Shown here: positions 9,146 through 20,019 of the stretch, piece by piece
Layout of the letters: each line of letters starts with the position of its first letter
Position numbering within the stretch: the first letter of the stretch is position 1
NCBI GenBank assembly: GCA_963799775.1
Contig: CAWCYD010000003.1
Location: forward strand, 128,001-192,000
Length of the DNA stretch: 64,000 nt
Reading direction: 5' to 3'
From: an uncultured archaeon
GTDB taxonomy: Archaea; Thermoproteota; Nitrososphaeria; Nitrososphaerales; Gagatemarchaeaceae
The notes under the pieces: model-generated
Database searches by the model: none
What the model saw: the letters and a program-made list of their open reading frames with translations, nothing else
Told to the model about the DNA's origin: nothing
Translations under genes and position numbers: made by a program

Positions 9146-9742
9146 CTATTGCCCGCCGAGCCTTTTCTTGACGAGCCGCCTGAATGTCCGCTTGTCGTAC
9201 CTGTACTCCCTGTCCGTGTCGAGCTCCCGATAGAGCTCCTCCAGAGTGGCGTCTCGAAAGAGCACCTTCGAGGTCCAGAGTCGCAAGTCCCTCGTCTTCC
9301 TGAATGGCACCTCCATGCAATAGAAGGGATAGTCGGAGGCCGTCGGCAATACCCCCACGAAGGGCAGGAAGAGAGTGACGAGCTTGGAGCCCGCTGGGAG
9401 CTCCGCGCCAAAGTGCGCGACGTCTTCCTCCATCTCGTAGGTGCCGCAGTAGACGACCGTGGCGTCGTGGATGTCCGAGTCCATGAAGTCCTCGTTCCTT
9501 ATCTCGATTCGGTCAGAGAGGCCGAGCCTCTCGACGTTGGCGGCCGCCTTCGCCGCCCTCCCCGCGTGCATCTCGATCCCCACCGCCTTCTTGACTCCAA
9601 ACTCCGTGACCGCGACTACGCAGAGCTGCCCGCGTCCGCACCCCAGGTCGTAGAAGACGTCCCTCGCGGTCGTCCGTGCGAGGTTGAGGAGCTTTCTGAT
9701 GTGCCTGTTGCTCTGGTAGTCTTCGGGCCCTAGCCTGTCCAA
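9146..9742 (-). CDS. Class I SAM methyltransferase (Dot1/aKMT-like)
   Basis: DVFYDLGCGRGQ...AVGIE. Confidence 0.8.
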   Translation of the reverse strand: MDRLGPEDYQSNRHIRKLLNLARTTARDVFYDLGCGRGQLCVVAVTEFGVKKAVGIEMHAGRAAKAAANVERLGLSDRIEIRNEDFMDSDIHDATVVYCGTYEMEEDVAHFGAELPAGSKLVTLFLPFVGVLPTASDYPFYCMEVPFRKTRDLRLWTSKVLFRDATLEELYRELDTDREYRYDKRTFRRLVKKRLGGQ

Positions 9743-9761
9743 CCTGATGGTCGCCGGCCGT

Positions 9762-10238
9762 TCACTGGCTTCGTTCGTAGATCCCGACGAGCCTGGCCTG
9801 CTCGAGGAAGTGGTCCTTGATGGAGTCCAGAAGCTGGACCCTGTTCATCCCCTGCTTGAGGGAACCTACCTTGAGGTCTAGCGCGTAGATCCAAAAGTAG
9901 TAGTGGTGGGGGCCGTGTCCGCCGGGAGGGTAGGGACCCATGTAGCCTGGCTTGCGCGTGTCGTTCAACCCCGAGACGAACGCGTTAGCATCAAGCCCCT
10001 CTGGCAGTTTCGTCGTCGTAGGAGGGATGCCGTAAACGACCCAGTGGGTGAAGCCGTGAGGCAGCGGAGCGTCCGGATCGTGGCAAATCAGTGCGAATTG
10101 CTGCGTCCCCGCAGGAGGGCCGCTCCATTCCAGGGGAGGAGACTTGTTCTCTCCGTCCCCACCGTAGCGCTTCGGGATCCGACCCAGGGGTTGGAATGCC
10201 GAGCTTGTGATCTTGAAGTTACCCAACTTTAGACTCAT
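9762..10238 (-). CDS. YbhB/YbcL (PEBP/Raf kinase inhibitor-like) protein
   Basis: SPPLEW, HDPDAP, FTHWVVY, GPYPP..HHYYF. Confidence 0.93.
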   Translation of the reverse strand: MSLKLGNFKITSSAFQPLGRIPKRYGGDGENKSPPLEWSGPPAGTQQFALICHDPDAPLPHGFTHWVVYGIPPTTTKLPEGLDANAFVSGLNDTRKPGYMGPYPPGGHGPHHYYFWIYALDLKVGSLKQGMNRVQLLDSIKDHFLEQARLVGIYERSQ

Positions 10239-10382
10239 GGTGTTTCGCCTCCCTAATTACAGAGCGGGACTTATTTCTATCTGGCGGCGCTTCATGATTC
10301 GACCGCAGTCCATGACGCCGCTCGACCGGCGTCACCGTCAAATTATTCGTGCATTCATAAACGACCACTCAATCTTATATAG

Positions 10383-11741
<1,359 letters not shown>

Positions 11742-11772
11742 GTCGGGGTGAAACCGAATCCCTGCATCTAGC

Positions 11773-12936
11773 GTGGGGATCGTCGAGACAGAGCAGTTCA
11801 CCTTCGCCGCTCCTCCTCAGGAGATGCTGCTGGAGAGCGGCGAGCGCCTCGGACCCGTCACTCTCGCCTACGAGACCTACGGACGCCTCGACTCTGACGC
11901 CTCGAACGCGATCCTAGTCGCCCACGCACTTTCCGGGGACGCTCACGCGGCGGGCGTCCACGAAGGGGACAAGACCCCAGGATGGTGGGACGCGATGATC
12001 GGGCCCGGAAGAGCGTTCGACACGGACAAGTATTTCGTCATCTCGTCCAACGTCATAGGCGGTTGCAGAGGTTCGACCGGACCTTCGTCGCCCAACCCAA
12101 AGACGGGCAAGCCATACGGGTTGGACTTTCCGATAATCACGATCAAGGACATGGTCGAGGGCCAGCGCCATCTCCTCGACCACCTCGGGATCGAGCGCCT
12201 CCTCTCGGTGGCGGGCGGCTCCATGGGCGGGATGCAGGCCCTCCAGTGGATGGTCTCCTACCCGGACAGGATCAGGTCGGCCATACCGATTTCGACCGCG
12301 ATGAAGCACACGCCTCAGCAGATCGCGCTCAACGAGGTGGGGAGGCAGGCGATAATGGCCGACCCAAACTGGAGGGATGGCAACTACTACGGCGAGACGC
12401 CCCCCGCAAAGGGCCTTGCCGTCGCGAGGATGGTGGGACACATCACCTACATGAGCGAGTCGTCGATGGGCGAGAAGTTCGGCCGAAGGCTGAAGGAGTC
12501 GAAGAGGTCGGTGAAGTTCAGCCCCGACTTCGAGGTGGAGGGATACCTCGAGAACAGGGGCGAGAACTTCGTCAAGAGGTTCGACGCGAACTCCTACCTC
12601 TACATCACGAAGGCGATGGACTACTTCGACGTCGTGGGGACGTCCAACCCCTCGCAGATCTTCAAGGGCCTGAAGGCGAAGGTGCTGGTCATCGCGTTCA
12701 AGTCCGACTGGCTGTACCCAGCCCACCAGTCCCAGGAGATAGTGAAGGCCTGCAAGTGGGCCGGTGTCGACGCCACCTACTGCGAGGTGCACTCGACCTA
12801 CGGGCATGACGCCTTTCTACTGGAGACGGAGGAGGAGACGAGGCTCATCAAGCACTTTTTGAGCTCGACCGTCAACCACCGTGACGGCGCCCACATGGCG
12901 ACGTCCAATGAGATTAGACTACAGGGTCATCGCTGA
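11773..12936 (+). CDS. metX: Homoserine O-acetyltransferase
   Basis: [16 protein letters not shown] nucleophile elbow, RFDANSY, GHDAFL. Confidence 0.95.
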   Translation: MGIVETEQFTFAAPPQEMLLESGERLGPVTLAYETYGRLDSDASNAILVAHALSGDAHAAGVHEGDKTPGWWDAMIGPGRAFDTDKYFVISSNVIGGCRGSTGPSSPNPKTGKPYGLDFPIITIKDMVEGQRHLLDHLGIERLLSVAGGSMGGMQALQWMVSYPDRIRSAIPISTAMKHTPQQIALNEVGRQAIMADPNWRDGNYYGETPPAKGLAVARMVGHITYMSESSMGEKFGRRLKESKRSVKFSPDFEVEGYLENRGENFVKRFDANSYLYITKAMDYFDVVGTSNPSQIFKGLKAKVLVIAFKSDWLYPAHQSQEIVKACKWAGVDATYCEVHSTYGHDAFLLETEEETRLIKHFLSSTVNHRDGAHMATSNEIRLQGHR

Positions 12937-13487
12937 CTGGATTAGGCCCGAGTCCAGCGTGCTGGACCTTGGGTGCGGTGACGGCGAGCTCCTCTCGATC
13001 CTCGTGAAGGAGAAGAAGGTCCGAGCGAACGGGATCGAGATCGACGAGCAGGCGATCTACAAGTGCGTGGAGAAGGGCCTGAGCGTGTTCCACGAGGACA
13101 TCGAGACCGGCCTCTCCGGCTATCCGGACGAGTCCTTCGACTACGTCATCATGAACGAGAGCCTCCAGCAAGTGAAGAAGCCCGACACCGTCTTCAAGGA
13201 AGCCCTTCGCGTCGGGAAGCGGCTCATCGTCGGCTTCCCCAACTTCAGTCACATCTCATCGAGGCTGCAGATCCTCTTCTCGGGGAAGGTGCCCTGTCAC
13301 AGCCTCGCTGCCGTATCAATGGTATGACACCCCGAACCTCCATTTCCTGAGCATCAACGACTTTCGGGACTACTGCAAGCTAAGAGGCCTCAAGATAGAG
13401 GCCAGCGCCTATCTGGGGAGGGACAAGCTGGTGGGGTTTCTTCCCAACCTGCGTGCGGAGCAGGGCCTCTTCCTGCTCTCAAAGTGA
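12908..13487 (+). CDS. metW: Methionine biosynthesis protein MetW (frameshift near 13292)
   Basis: VLDLGCGDG and GFPNF; the shifted frame continues [16 protein letters not shown]; follows metX. Confidence 0.9.
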
Positions 13488-13495
13488 TGCGCGGA

Positions 13496-13966
13496 CTACG
13501 CCACGAGCTGTTCGCGGGAAGAGATCGCCGCGTTGTGCGTGATCCAAGGGGACGGAGCCTCTCTCCCCAAAGTCTCGTGCAATAAGTAAACGGTGTCGTA
13601 GTTACTCCTGAAGATCCCCAAAGCCATCTCGTTTTCTAGCTCTTCGCCCAGCCTGCTGAAATCAAGGTCTTCGACTGATTGCGAGAACTGGAACGCCGCT
13701 CCGCCAGCGATCCTGCAGACCTGTCCAGTCGACTGCTTTCCGAATGTGAAATTGAACTCGATCTTAATCGAGTCCTTGGACCTTCGCGACTCGGTCATGT
13801 TGACGTCGAACTGGAACTCCTGGGCGCTGGAACGTGGTAGTGTCTCCGGACCGCTTGAGACCGAGACGCGGTCGATGCGTGTCACAACGTTGACTATACG
13901 GAGAGCACCGTCCTGGCGAACGACCAGATTCTGGTCGTCCGTCTTCTGGACCGTCACTGTGGACAT
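13496..13966 (-). CDS. Hypothetical protein
   Basis: Tightly coupled to the upstream wHTH gene. Confidence 0.6.
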   Translation of the reverse strand: MSTVTVQKTDDQNLVVRQDGALRIVNVVTRIDRVSVSSGPETLPRSSAQEFQFDVNMTESRRSKDSIKIEFNFTFGKQSTGQVCRIAGGAAFQFSQSVEDLDFSRLGEELENEMALGIFRSNYDTVYLLHETLGREAPSPWITHNAAISSREQLVA

Positions 13967-13967
13967 C

Positions 13968-14408
13968 TCAGCTTCGGACCTCAGCGCGCGAGCGGGATGC
14001 CCGATTCATCACATCCTGGTAATCATGAAGGACGGAGAGCCCCCTGTCGGTGATGGAGTACTCGACCTTCGATCCTTCACCTGATTGGCGGACGAAGCCT
14101 CCGGCAAGAAGATCTTCAAGATTCTTCTTCAAGACAACCCAGGACGTGTTGCTCCGATACATGATGTGGGTCCTCTTTGTGGGGCCTGAGGAGGTCACCT
14201 TCAACACGTCCATCCTCACCTCAAACGGAGACCTTCTGGAAGGTGCCTGAGCCGCCTCTTCGAAACCTTGGACTTGCGCCACTTTCTTGTCCGCCGACAC
14301 ATGCAGGGACTCTACGTGATATATACCACGAAGAAACTCAGGCCTATTTCCCGAATACATCCCAACAACATGGAATCCGGTTACATGTTTTCCCTGCGCG
14401 ATTGCCAT
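13968..14408 (-). CDS. Archaeal winged-helix transcriptional regulator
   Basis: RRSPFEVRMDVL..KRTHIMYRSNTSW..YSITDRG. Confidence 0.8.
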   Translation of the reverse strand: MAIAQGKHVTGFHVVGMYSGNRPEFLRGIYHVESLHVSADKKVAQVQGFEEAAQAPSRRSPFEVRMDVLKVTSSGPTKRTHIMYRSNTSWVVLKKNLEDLLAGGFVRQSGEGSKVEYSITDRGLSVLHDYQDVMNRASRSRAEVRS

Positions 14409-14477
14409 TTCCTTGGTTTTAATGTAAAACTTTCACGATAAAGGCGGTGGGTTTACGCTTCTTTCGAGTTACCTTTC

Positions 14478-15719
14478 TCATGTCTCCCTGGTCAGCGCCA
14501 ACCCGGAGGAGTCGTAGCTCAGGTGGTGGCCGTAGAGCCCTTTCAGCAGGCTCTCCACCCGCTTGTCCTGAGCGTTTCGCTTCACAATGAACAAGGTGGT
14601 CGCGCCCGAGCCTGCAAGGATCTCCTTCTGAGACTTTAGAAAGCCATAGGCCTTCTCGAACCCCAACGACAAGATCAGGTCCGAGACGCTGTCGAAGATC
14701 ATGAGCACCTTCCGGTCCGAGTGATCGCGGAGGGTGGTCGCCGTCATGTCCAGAAGAACAGACGAGTCGTCTTGGGGAACCTCTATCTCGCTGCCGTGGC
14801 CAGTCGGTTTTGGATACGTCGCCTGTGAGGTCATGCTTAGGATTTGTACGCCTTCAGAGGAGGAGAGAGCAGTGTAGATGGGTCCGCCCTTCCACGTGAA
14901 AGCGAAGACGAAATTCTTGGCGTCCTTGTAGGCGTCGGCGAACCGCTTGACAATCGCTTCATAGCTTATCGCCGGGTCCACATCTAGCAGGAGGCTCTTG
15001 CCCGCGAATTGAAGAGGGTCGACGTTCTTGTCCTTCTTTGAAGCGGGCCTTGAGTCTCTCGACGAGCCATCCCAGGGAAGGAGTTCCAGGGAGTAGGCCC
15101 TCGCCAACTCCGAGACCTTCGGCGAGAGTTCTCCCGTGTAGTATGCGTGGATGCTCAGCTCCGTGTCGAGCTGGGTGACGAAGAGTTTCATCACCTGCGT
15201 CTCGTCCACCCCCTTGACCAGGACATACCCGTGCTTCGATCCGTCTTCTCGCTGCGCGATGATGCCAAGAGTGTGGACCGCTCCAGATTTGCCGGCAATC
15301 TTCGCGCTGAAGATCTTTGCGCCTTCTGCGCGGAGGGAGGTCTCGAGGTTCCGGTAGCCCTCCGATTCCTGCGTCCCGAACGAAGGAAGATAAGTCAGAG
15401 CCTTGGAGATCCGCTCCTTCGTGATGTTCTCGAGATGGAGGGGCGCGGCCTCTTCTTTTAACTTCACATAGTTGTCAAGCAGTCTTGTGCCACTCCCGGT
15501 GAGAGAATATGCGACCCTCTTCCCATCGACCCTCCTCGACACTAGCTGGTTCCGGATCAAGGCCTCGAGATACATGATGAGGTCGTCCCACGTGACGTTC
15601 GCAAGTTGCATTATGCGGGTGGGCTTCTCGTTCCCCTTTGAGATGACGCTGAGGATGTCGCAGGTGATCTCCAGCTTGGAACGTCTCGCGGAAGACCTCG
15701 GGGTATCTTCTTCGAACAA
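14478..15719 (-). CDS. wHTH regulator fused to a restriction-endonuclease-like domain and a DUF835/KaiC-like domain
   Basis: N-terminal RRSKLEITCDIL..PTRIMQLANVTW; middle IAGKSGAVHTLGI; C-terminal MIFDSVSDLILSLGFEKAY. Confidence 0.65.
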   Translation of the reverse strand: MFEEDTPRSSARRSKLEITCDILSVISKGNEKPTRIMQLANVTWDDLIMYLEALIRNQLVSRRVDGKRVAYSLTGSGTRLLDNYVKLKEEAAPLHLENITKERISKALTYLPSFGTQESEGYRNLETSLRAEGAKIFSAKIAGKSGAVHTLGIIAQREDGSKHGYVLVKGVDETQVMKLFVTQLDTELSIHAYYTGELSPKVSELARAYSLELLPWDGSSRDSRPASKKDKNVDPLQFAGKSLLLDVDPAISYEAIVKRFADAYKDAKNFVFAFTWKGGPIYTALSSSEGVQILSMTSQATYPKPTGHGSEIEVPQDDSSVLLDMTATTLRDHSDRKVLMIFDSVSDLILSLGFEKAYGFLKSQKEILAGSGATTLFIVKRNAQDKRVESLLKGLYGHHLSYDSSGLALTRET

Positions 15720-15845
15720 ATTCTTCGTTTTTCCTCTCCCAGTCCCTTGCCGATTCTCGGCGTGATGATGATATGTAAGTTTTCGCCGTCACATTTGGTG
15801 AATTATCTTAACAGGAAGAGTCCGGTCGTGACGATGGAGCCGGGA

Positions 15846-16124
15846 TCAGCTTGGGCCTGGTGCGGCGGCACCAGCGTCTGCCGTCTGCTTCTCTAGCCTT
15901 GTGTTGGCTCTCCAGGTGGCTGCTATGAATCCCAAGACAATCAGTGTCACGATGAGCGCGAGGACGCCCCTGGTGGTATTGGCGCCGGGAGAAAGGATCG
16001 CTCCGTCAAGGACCAGCACTAGGGCGATAGAGGCGAGCATGTTCCGCCTCCAGGTCTTGGGAGGTCGCCTCTGCTTCTTCGACATCACGCCAAAGTCGCA
16101 TGCCGCGGATATAAGACGTTGCAC
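15846..16124 (-). CDS. Small two-TM membrane protein
   Basis: Two hydrophobic segments. Confidence 0.55.
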   Translation of the reverse strand: MQRLISAACDFGVMSKKQRRPPKTWRRNMLASIALVLVLDGAILSPGANTTRGVLALIVTLIVLGFIAATWRANTRLEKQTADAGAAAPGPS

Positions 16125-16166
16125 ACTGCGTGCAGGATTCTCAGATGTGACCGGGCCTTGGGCAGC

Positions 16167-16565
16167 TTACGGGCCTTGCCAGAGCATCAGGAGGTTTCCT
16201 TCCGTGTCTTTGAAGTAAGCAGTGGCGCCGACCTCCTCGTAGGCGATGGGGCCTTCGATCTTCTTCGTCATCTCTGTCTTTTCGGCCTTGCTGAACTTCA
16301 CGCCCTTCCCTTTCAGGTCAGCCACAACCGCCTTGATGCCGTCGACGATGAAGACGTTGTAGGCCAGTTCCAGCTTCTCCTTCTCAGACGGCGTTACCAA
16401 CCAAAAGTCGCATCCGCTCAACCTCACGGATGCCCAGAAATCCTTCATCTCCCCTTCCATGCGCTGCAAGAGCTTCCCCCCGAGCGTCGTCGTGTAGAAC
16501 TTGACAGCCCGGTCCATGTTCCGAACCGGGATCAGCGTCGCGTGCTTGCTGATCTTTGATGACAA
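16167..16565 (-). CDS. VOC/glyoxalase family protein
   Basis: IPVRNMDRAVKFY...YFKDTEGNLL. Confidence 0.9.
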   Translation of the reverse strand: MSSKISKHATLIPVRNMDRAVKFYTTTLGGKLLQRMEGEMKDFWASVRLSGCDFWLVTPSEKEKLELAYNVFIVDGIKAVVADLKGKGVKFSKAEKTEMTKKIEGPIAYEEVGATAYFKDTEGNLLMLWQGP

Positions 16566-16635
16566 ACCTGCATGTGGTCCTCCTCCGAGTTATTTAATCT
16601 GCTTAGACGGATGTCGCATTCCGAACAGGCGGCTT

Positions 16636-18074
16636 TTACGACCTGAAGGCGAACGGGTTCACAGGGAAGTAAGCGAAGAAGAAGCCGACTGCCGCGACCA
16701 ACCAGATCAGGATCAGCAGCCGCTCTATCCCGACCCTGCCCCTTGCAAGGAAAGTCACCACCAACGGGATCCCGAGCGCAAGCCCGACGTCTGTGTTGAT
16801 GAAGTAGAAGGCGTACTCGACCCTCTGGCTGACCAGTGAGATGTAGAAGAGCGGCAGATACGTCCCCGCGACGAGGGACGCGACCAGCGCGTCGATCTGC
16901 GATGCCTTGCGTCTGACGAGCCTCCACCCGACGAGGGGGACCACCAACCAGATCGAGTACCAGACGACCAGGTTCCCTATCCCTTGCCAGTCTATAGGAT
17001 GGTAGAGTGTCACTATCGTCGTCGGCCCGCAAGTGGACGGCGAAGGACAAGTCGTCTTGGTGACGGAGATGGTCACGCTGCTAATGAAATACGGGAGAGG
17101 AGCGACGCCAAAGGGAAGGCCCAGTTCCAAGGGTAGCAGTTCCAGGCGTTGGTAGAGCCGCAGCCTTTGAGGGAGTTCTGATAGGTGAAGTAGAACTCGA
17201 AGTTCTGGAGCGGATTTGTGATCAGTCCCGACTGCTCAGTGACCGTCTTCGTGGTCGTCGACGTCGTGTTCGCCACGGGGTTGACGATCACGGTGGGCTC
17301 GATGACCACGGTCGTCTTCGTGTGAGGTTGGTAGGCTAGGTCGTACCCCCAGAGCGGCACGCCCACGACGAGGATTACGATTATCATGAACGCGGCCGTC
17401 TTTTTGAGGCCCAACGGAGAGGCCCGTGTCCTGATCTTGATCTTGCCTGCATTGGCCCAGAGGTGATAGACGAGAAGCGCCAGCAAGAAGAAAACCCCGC
17501 TCTCCTTGCTGAGAACGCAGAGGCCGAACGCGACGGCTGAGAGGTAGTAGCTCTTCTTGAAGTACGCGACGAAGCCGGCCAGCGCGAAGAGCACGGGCGG
17601 GGCGTCCAGAAGGAGGAGGGAGCTGTGGATGAAGAACAGGTTCTCGAAGGCCAGCATCGATGCCGCGAGGAGGGCCTTCTCCTTGGAGAAGAACTGCCTC
17701 GCCAGCTCGTACATGAGCCAGACCGAAAGACTGCCGATGACCGCGTAGAAAATGCGCCACCCGAAGAAGTTGTTTCCGAAGATGGTCATCCCAAGCGCTC
17801 CCCAGATCTTGCCGAAGAACGGGTGCTCCGGGTTGGAGGCAACTCCGTGTAGGAGATCCAGAGAAGCCGGGACATAGTATGACTCGTCGAAGACGTATGC
17901 GGTGGTTCCGCTAGTGTTCGTGGGGAACGAGAGCGCGAAGAGGTGTAACGCGAATATGATCAAGACCAGATGGCCTATGTTTATCCCGGCAACGAACCTC
18001 TCCAGACGGCCTGTCAGCGATGTCCTAGGCTCGTAGACGACCGGGGGGCTGGAGCTCTCCTGAGGTGTCGTCAA
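16636..18074 (-). CDS. PMT/ArnT-type (GT-C) glycosyltransferase, frameshift near 17125; start uncertain
   Basis: VFDESYYV, EHPFFGK, FGWRI and SKESG; the C-terminal TM part is in ORF 16636-17130. Confidence 0.82.
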
Positions 18075-18133
18075 GCCGGTCGCCGGTTTGACCATCGATG
18101 ATATAACCTCAAACATCCAAGTCCTGACCGCTC

Positions 18134-18799
18134 GTGAGACATGAGCTACTCGTAATGTCCGCCCCGGCTGACAGGCCATCGACCGGCCTGCTCCATTGGG
18201 TGGTCCTATGCTCATATCTCGCAGCGTTCATCGCCCTCGCGGCAGCCCTGGTCCTGACGCTCCAAGGGAACCTTTGGGTCTACCAACTAGGCGGAGTCTC
18301 CTCGGTCTCGGTCGGGTGCGTCGCGGTCCTCTACGTCCTAGCGCAATACAGGCTCAGGAACACCGGATACACGGTGCTGCAGTCGGTCGTCCTAGCTGTC
18401 CTCTTCGCGAACGCCTTCCTCCAGACCTACGAGTTGATTTACAACCTATTCTTCGGGATAGCATTCACGGGGACCGAGGCGAGGATGGTCCTCCTGTGGC
18501 TCATCATGATCTCTCCGGTCGCGCTTGTCCTAGACGACCTTCGATTCACAAAGACAAGCGCGCTGGTCCTCATCTTGCTGGTGGCTACCTGGATAGTCTG
18601 GATCCTTTACGGCTACCCGCAATACTACTACTCTGGGTACACCTACGCCCGAATACTGCAGACCTCTGACCCGTTCCATCTCAGCCTGTGGCTGAACTTC
18701 GGCTCCAAGGCGCTGCTAGCCGTCCTCTTCGTCACTTTGTTGGAGCCTGTCAAGGCTCTCAAAGCAGGGTTGGCCCGCCTCCGGGCTCCGAGGGGCTAG
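18134..18799 (+). CDS. Polytopic membrane protein of unknown function
   Basis: About six TM segments. Confidence 0.65.
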   Translation: MRHELLVMSAPADRPSTGLLHWVVLCSYLAAFIALAAALVLTLQGNLWVYQLGGVSSVSVGCVAVLYVLAQYRLRNTGYTVLQSVVLAVLFANAFLQTYELIYNLFFGIAFTGTEARMVLLWLIMISPVALVLDDLRFTKTSALVLILLVATWIVWILYGYPQYYYSGYTYARILQTSDPFHLSLWLNFGSKALLAVLFVTLLEPVKALKAGLARLRAPRG

Positions 18800-19017
18800 G
18801 CCGGTGCTCGCGACATGGTCAAGGGAATTATGCAATTTGTCTACAATTGATGGCATTTCGAGTAATCTGCCTCAGGGGCGAAGGCGAGGCAGACCCAGTG
18901 ATGAGACTAACCGTTGACGCGTCAGACATCAAGAAAAGGATGAACCGGCCTTCGAATGTCAAACCGGAGTTAACGTTCCTAAGACTTAAATCGACTGACC
19001 GGGCTGCTCTTCGAAGT

Positions 19018-20019
19018 TTGAGAAGGGCCGTCTCCCTCGCCTCGATTTTGTCACTTGTCGCGGCTCTCTCAATTTCTGGCGCGACCACCGTCAACGCACA
19101 GACCACCGGCGGCTGGACTGCGACCGGGTGGGTGGCATCCGGGACGATCTTCGACCTGACGGGAAACGCCAACCTTGCCCAGGGGAGCGCCCTGGTGACC
19201 GGGCACTCCTACAACATGACGCTCCAGATCAACGTGCCGAACACTTCCACGAGCACGCCACAATTCCAGGTGAGCTTGAACAACGCCTTCCTGCCCTCTA
19301 CGGCAGGGCAGTCGGTCTACTGGGTCGTCCACACGCCCAACTACGCGGGATACAACCGAACTGGGTTCTCCGGAGGAAGCAAGACGGTCACCTTCAACTA
19401 CAACCAGGGCACGGTCAAGCTGTCCGCCTACTTCCAGATTCCAGGCAACTTCACGATACCCACGGCAAAATACTCCACCCCGGCAGGGAACGGGACGATC
19501 ACCCTCCACATCCCTCTGAATAACGTCATCCTGGCATCCGTGGTCCCACTGGGGTCGACCGGGACCGGCTCGTTCGCGGCGTCCATAAGCGACCAGACGA
19601 TCCAGCTCTTCGCGACCCAATACAACCAGACCTCCACCCTCATCCCGTCCGGGAAGATCTCCTCGAGCTACTCGACGATCGTGAACTCGATCCTTGCCGA
19701 GGCTCAGGCGCTCAACGGGCTTGGGCTGCCTGACCAAGGGACAGCACTGCTGAAGGCGGTTACACAGTCTGCGTTCCCCACGCCTCCGAGCACAGGGCTG
19801 CAGACTGACTTGCTGGTGGGTCTCGCGATACTGGTGATCCTGGTGGTCCTGCTGGCCGTCCTCATGGTGAGGAGCAGGGGCAAGAGCGGATACTCTGTCG
19901 GGATAATCAACGACGTCCAGAAGGACCTCGCGGTCCTGGAGGTCACGGCGGCGAAGTACGACAGGGCCATGGCCGACAAGCTAAAGTCGCTGCGCGACAA
20001 ATTGAGTGAAACAGGTTGA
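19018..20019 (+). CDS. Secreted, C-terminally membrane-anchored Thr/Ser-rich surface protein
   Basis: Signal peptide MRRAVSLASILSLVAALSISGATTVNA, many N-x-S/T sequons, C-terminal TM and short cytoplasmic helix; CTTAAA about 30 bp upstream. Confidence 0.75.
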   Translation: MRRAVSLASILSLVAALSISGATTVNAQTTGGWTATGWVASGTIFDLTGNANLAQGSALVTGHSYNMTLQINVPNTSTSTPQFQVSLNNAFLPSTAGQSVYWVVHTPNYAGYNRTGFSGGSKTVTFNYNQGTVKLSAYFQIPGNFTIPTAKYSTPAGNGTITLHIPLNNVILASVVPLGSTGTGSFAASISDQTIQLFATQYNQTSTLIPSGKISSSYSTIVNSILAEAQALNGLGLPDQGTALLKAVTQSAFPTPPSTGLQTDLLVGLAILVILVVLLAVLMVRSRGKSGYSVGIINDVQKDLAVLEVTAAKYDRAMADKLKSLRDKLSETG

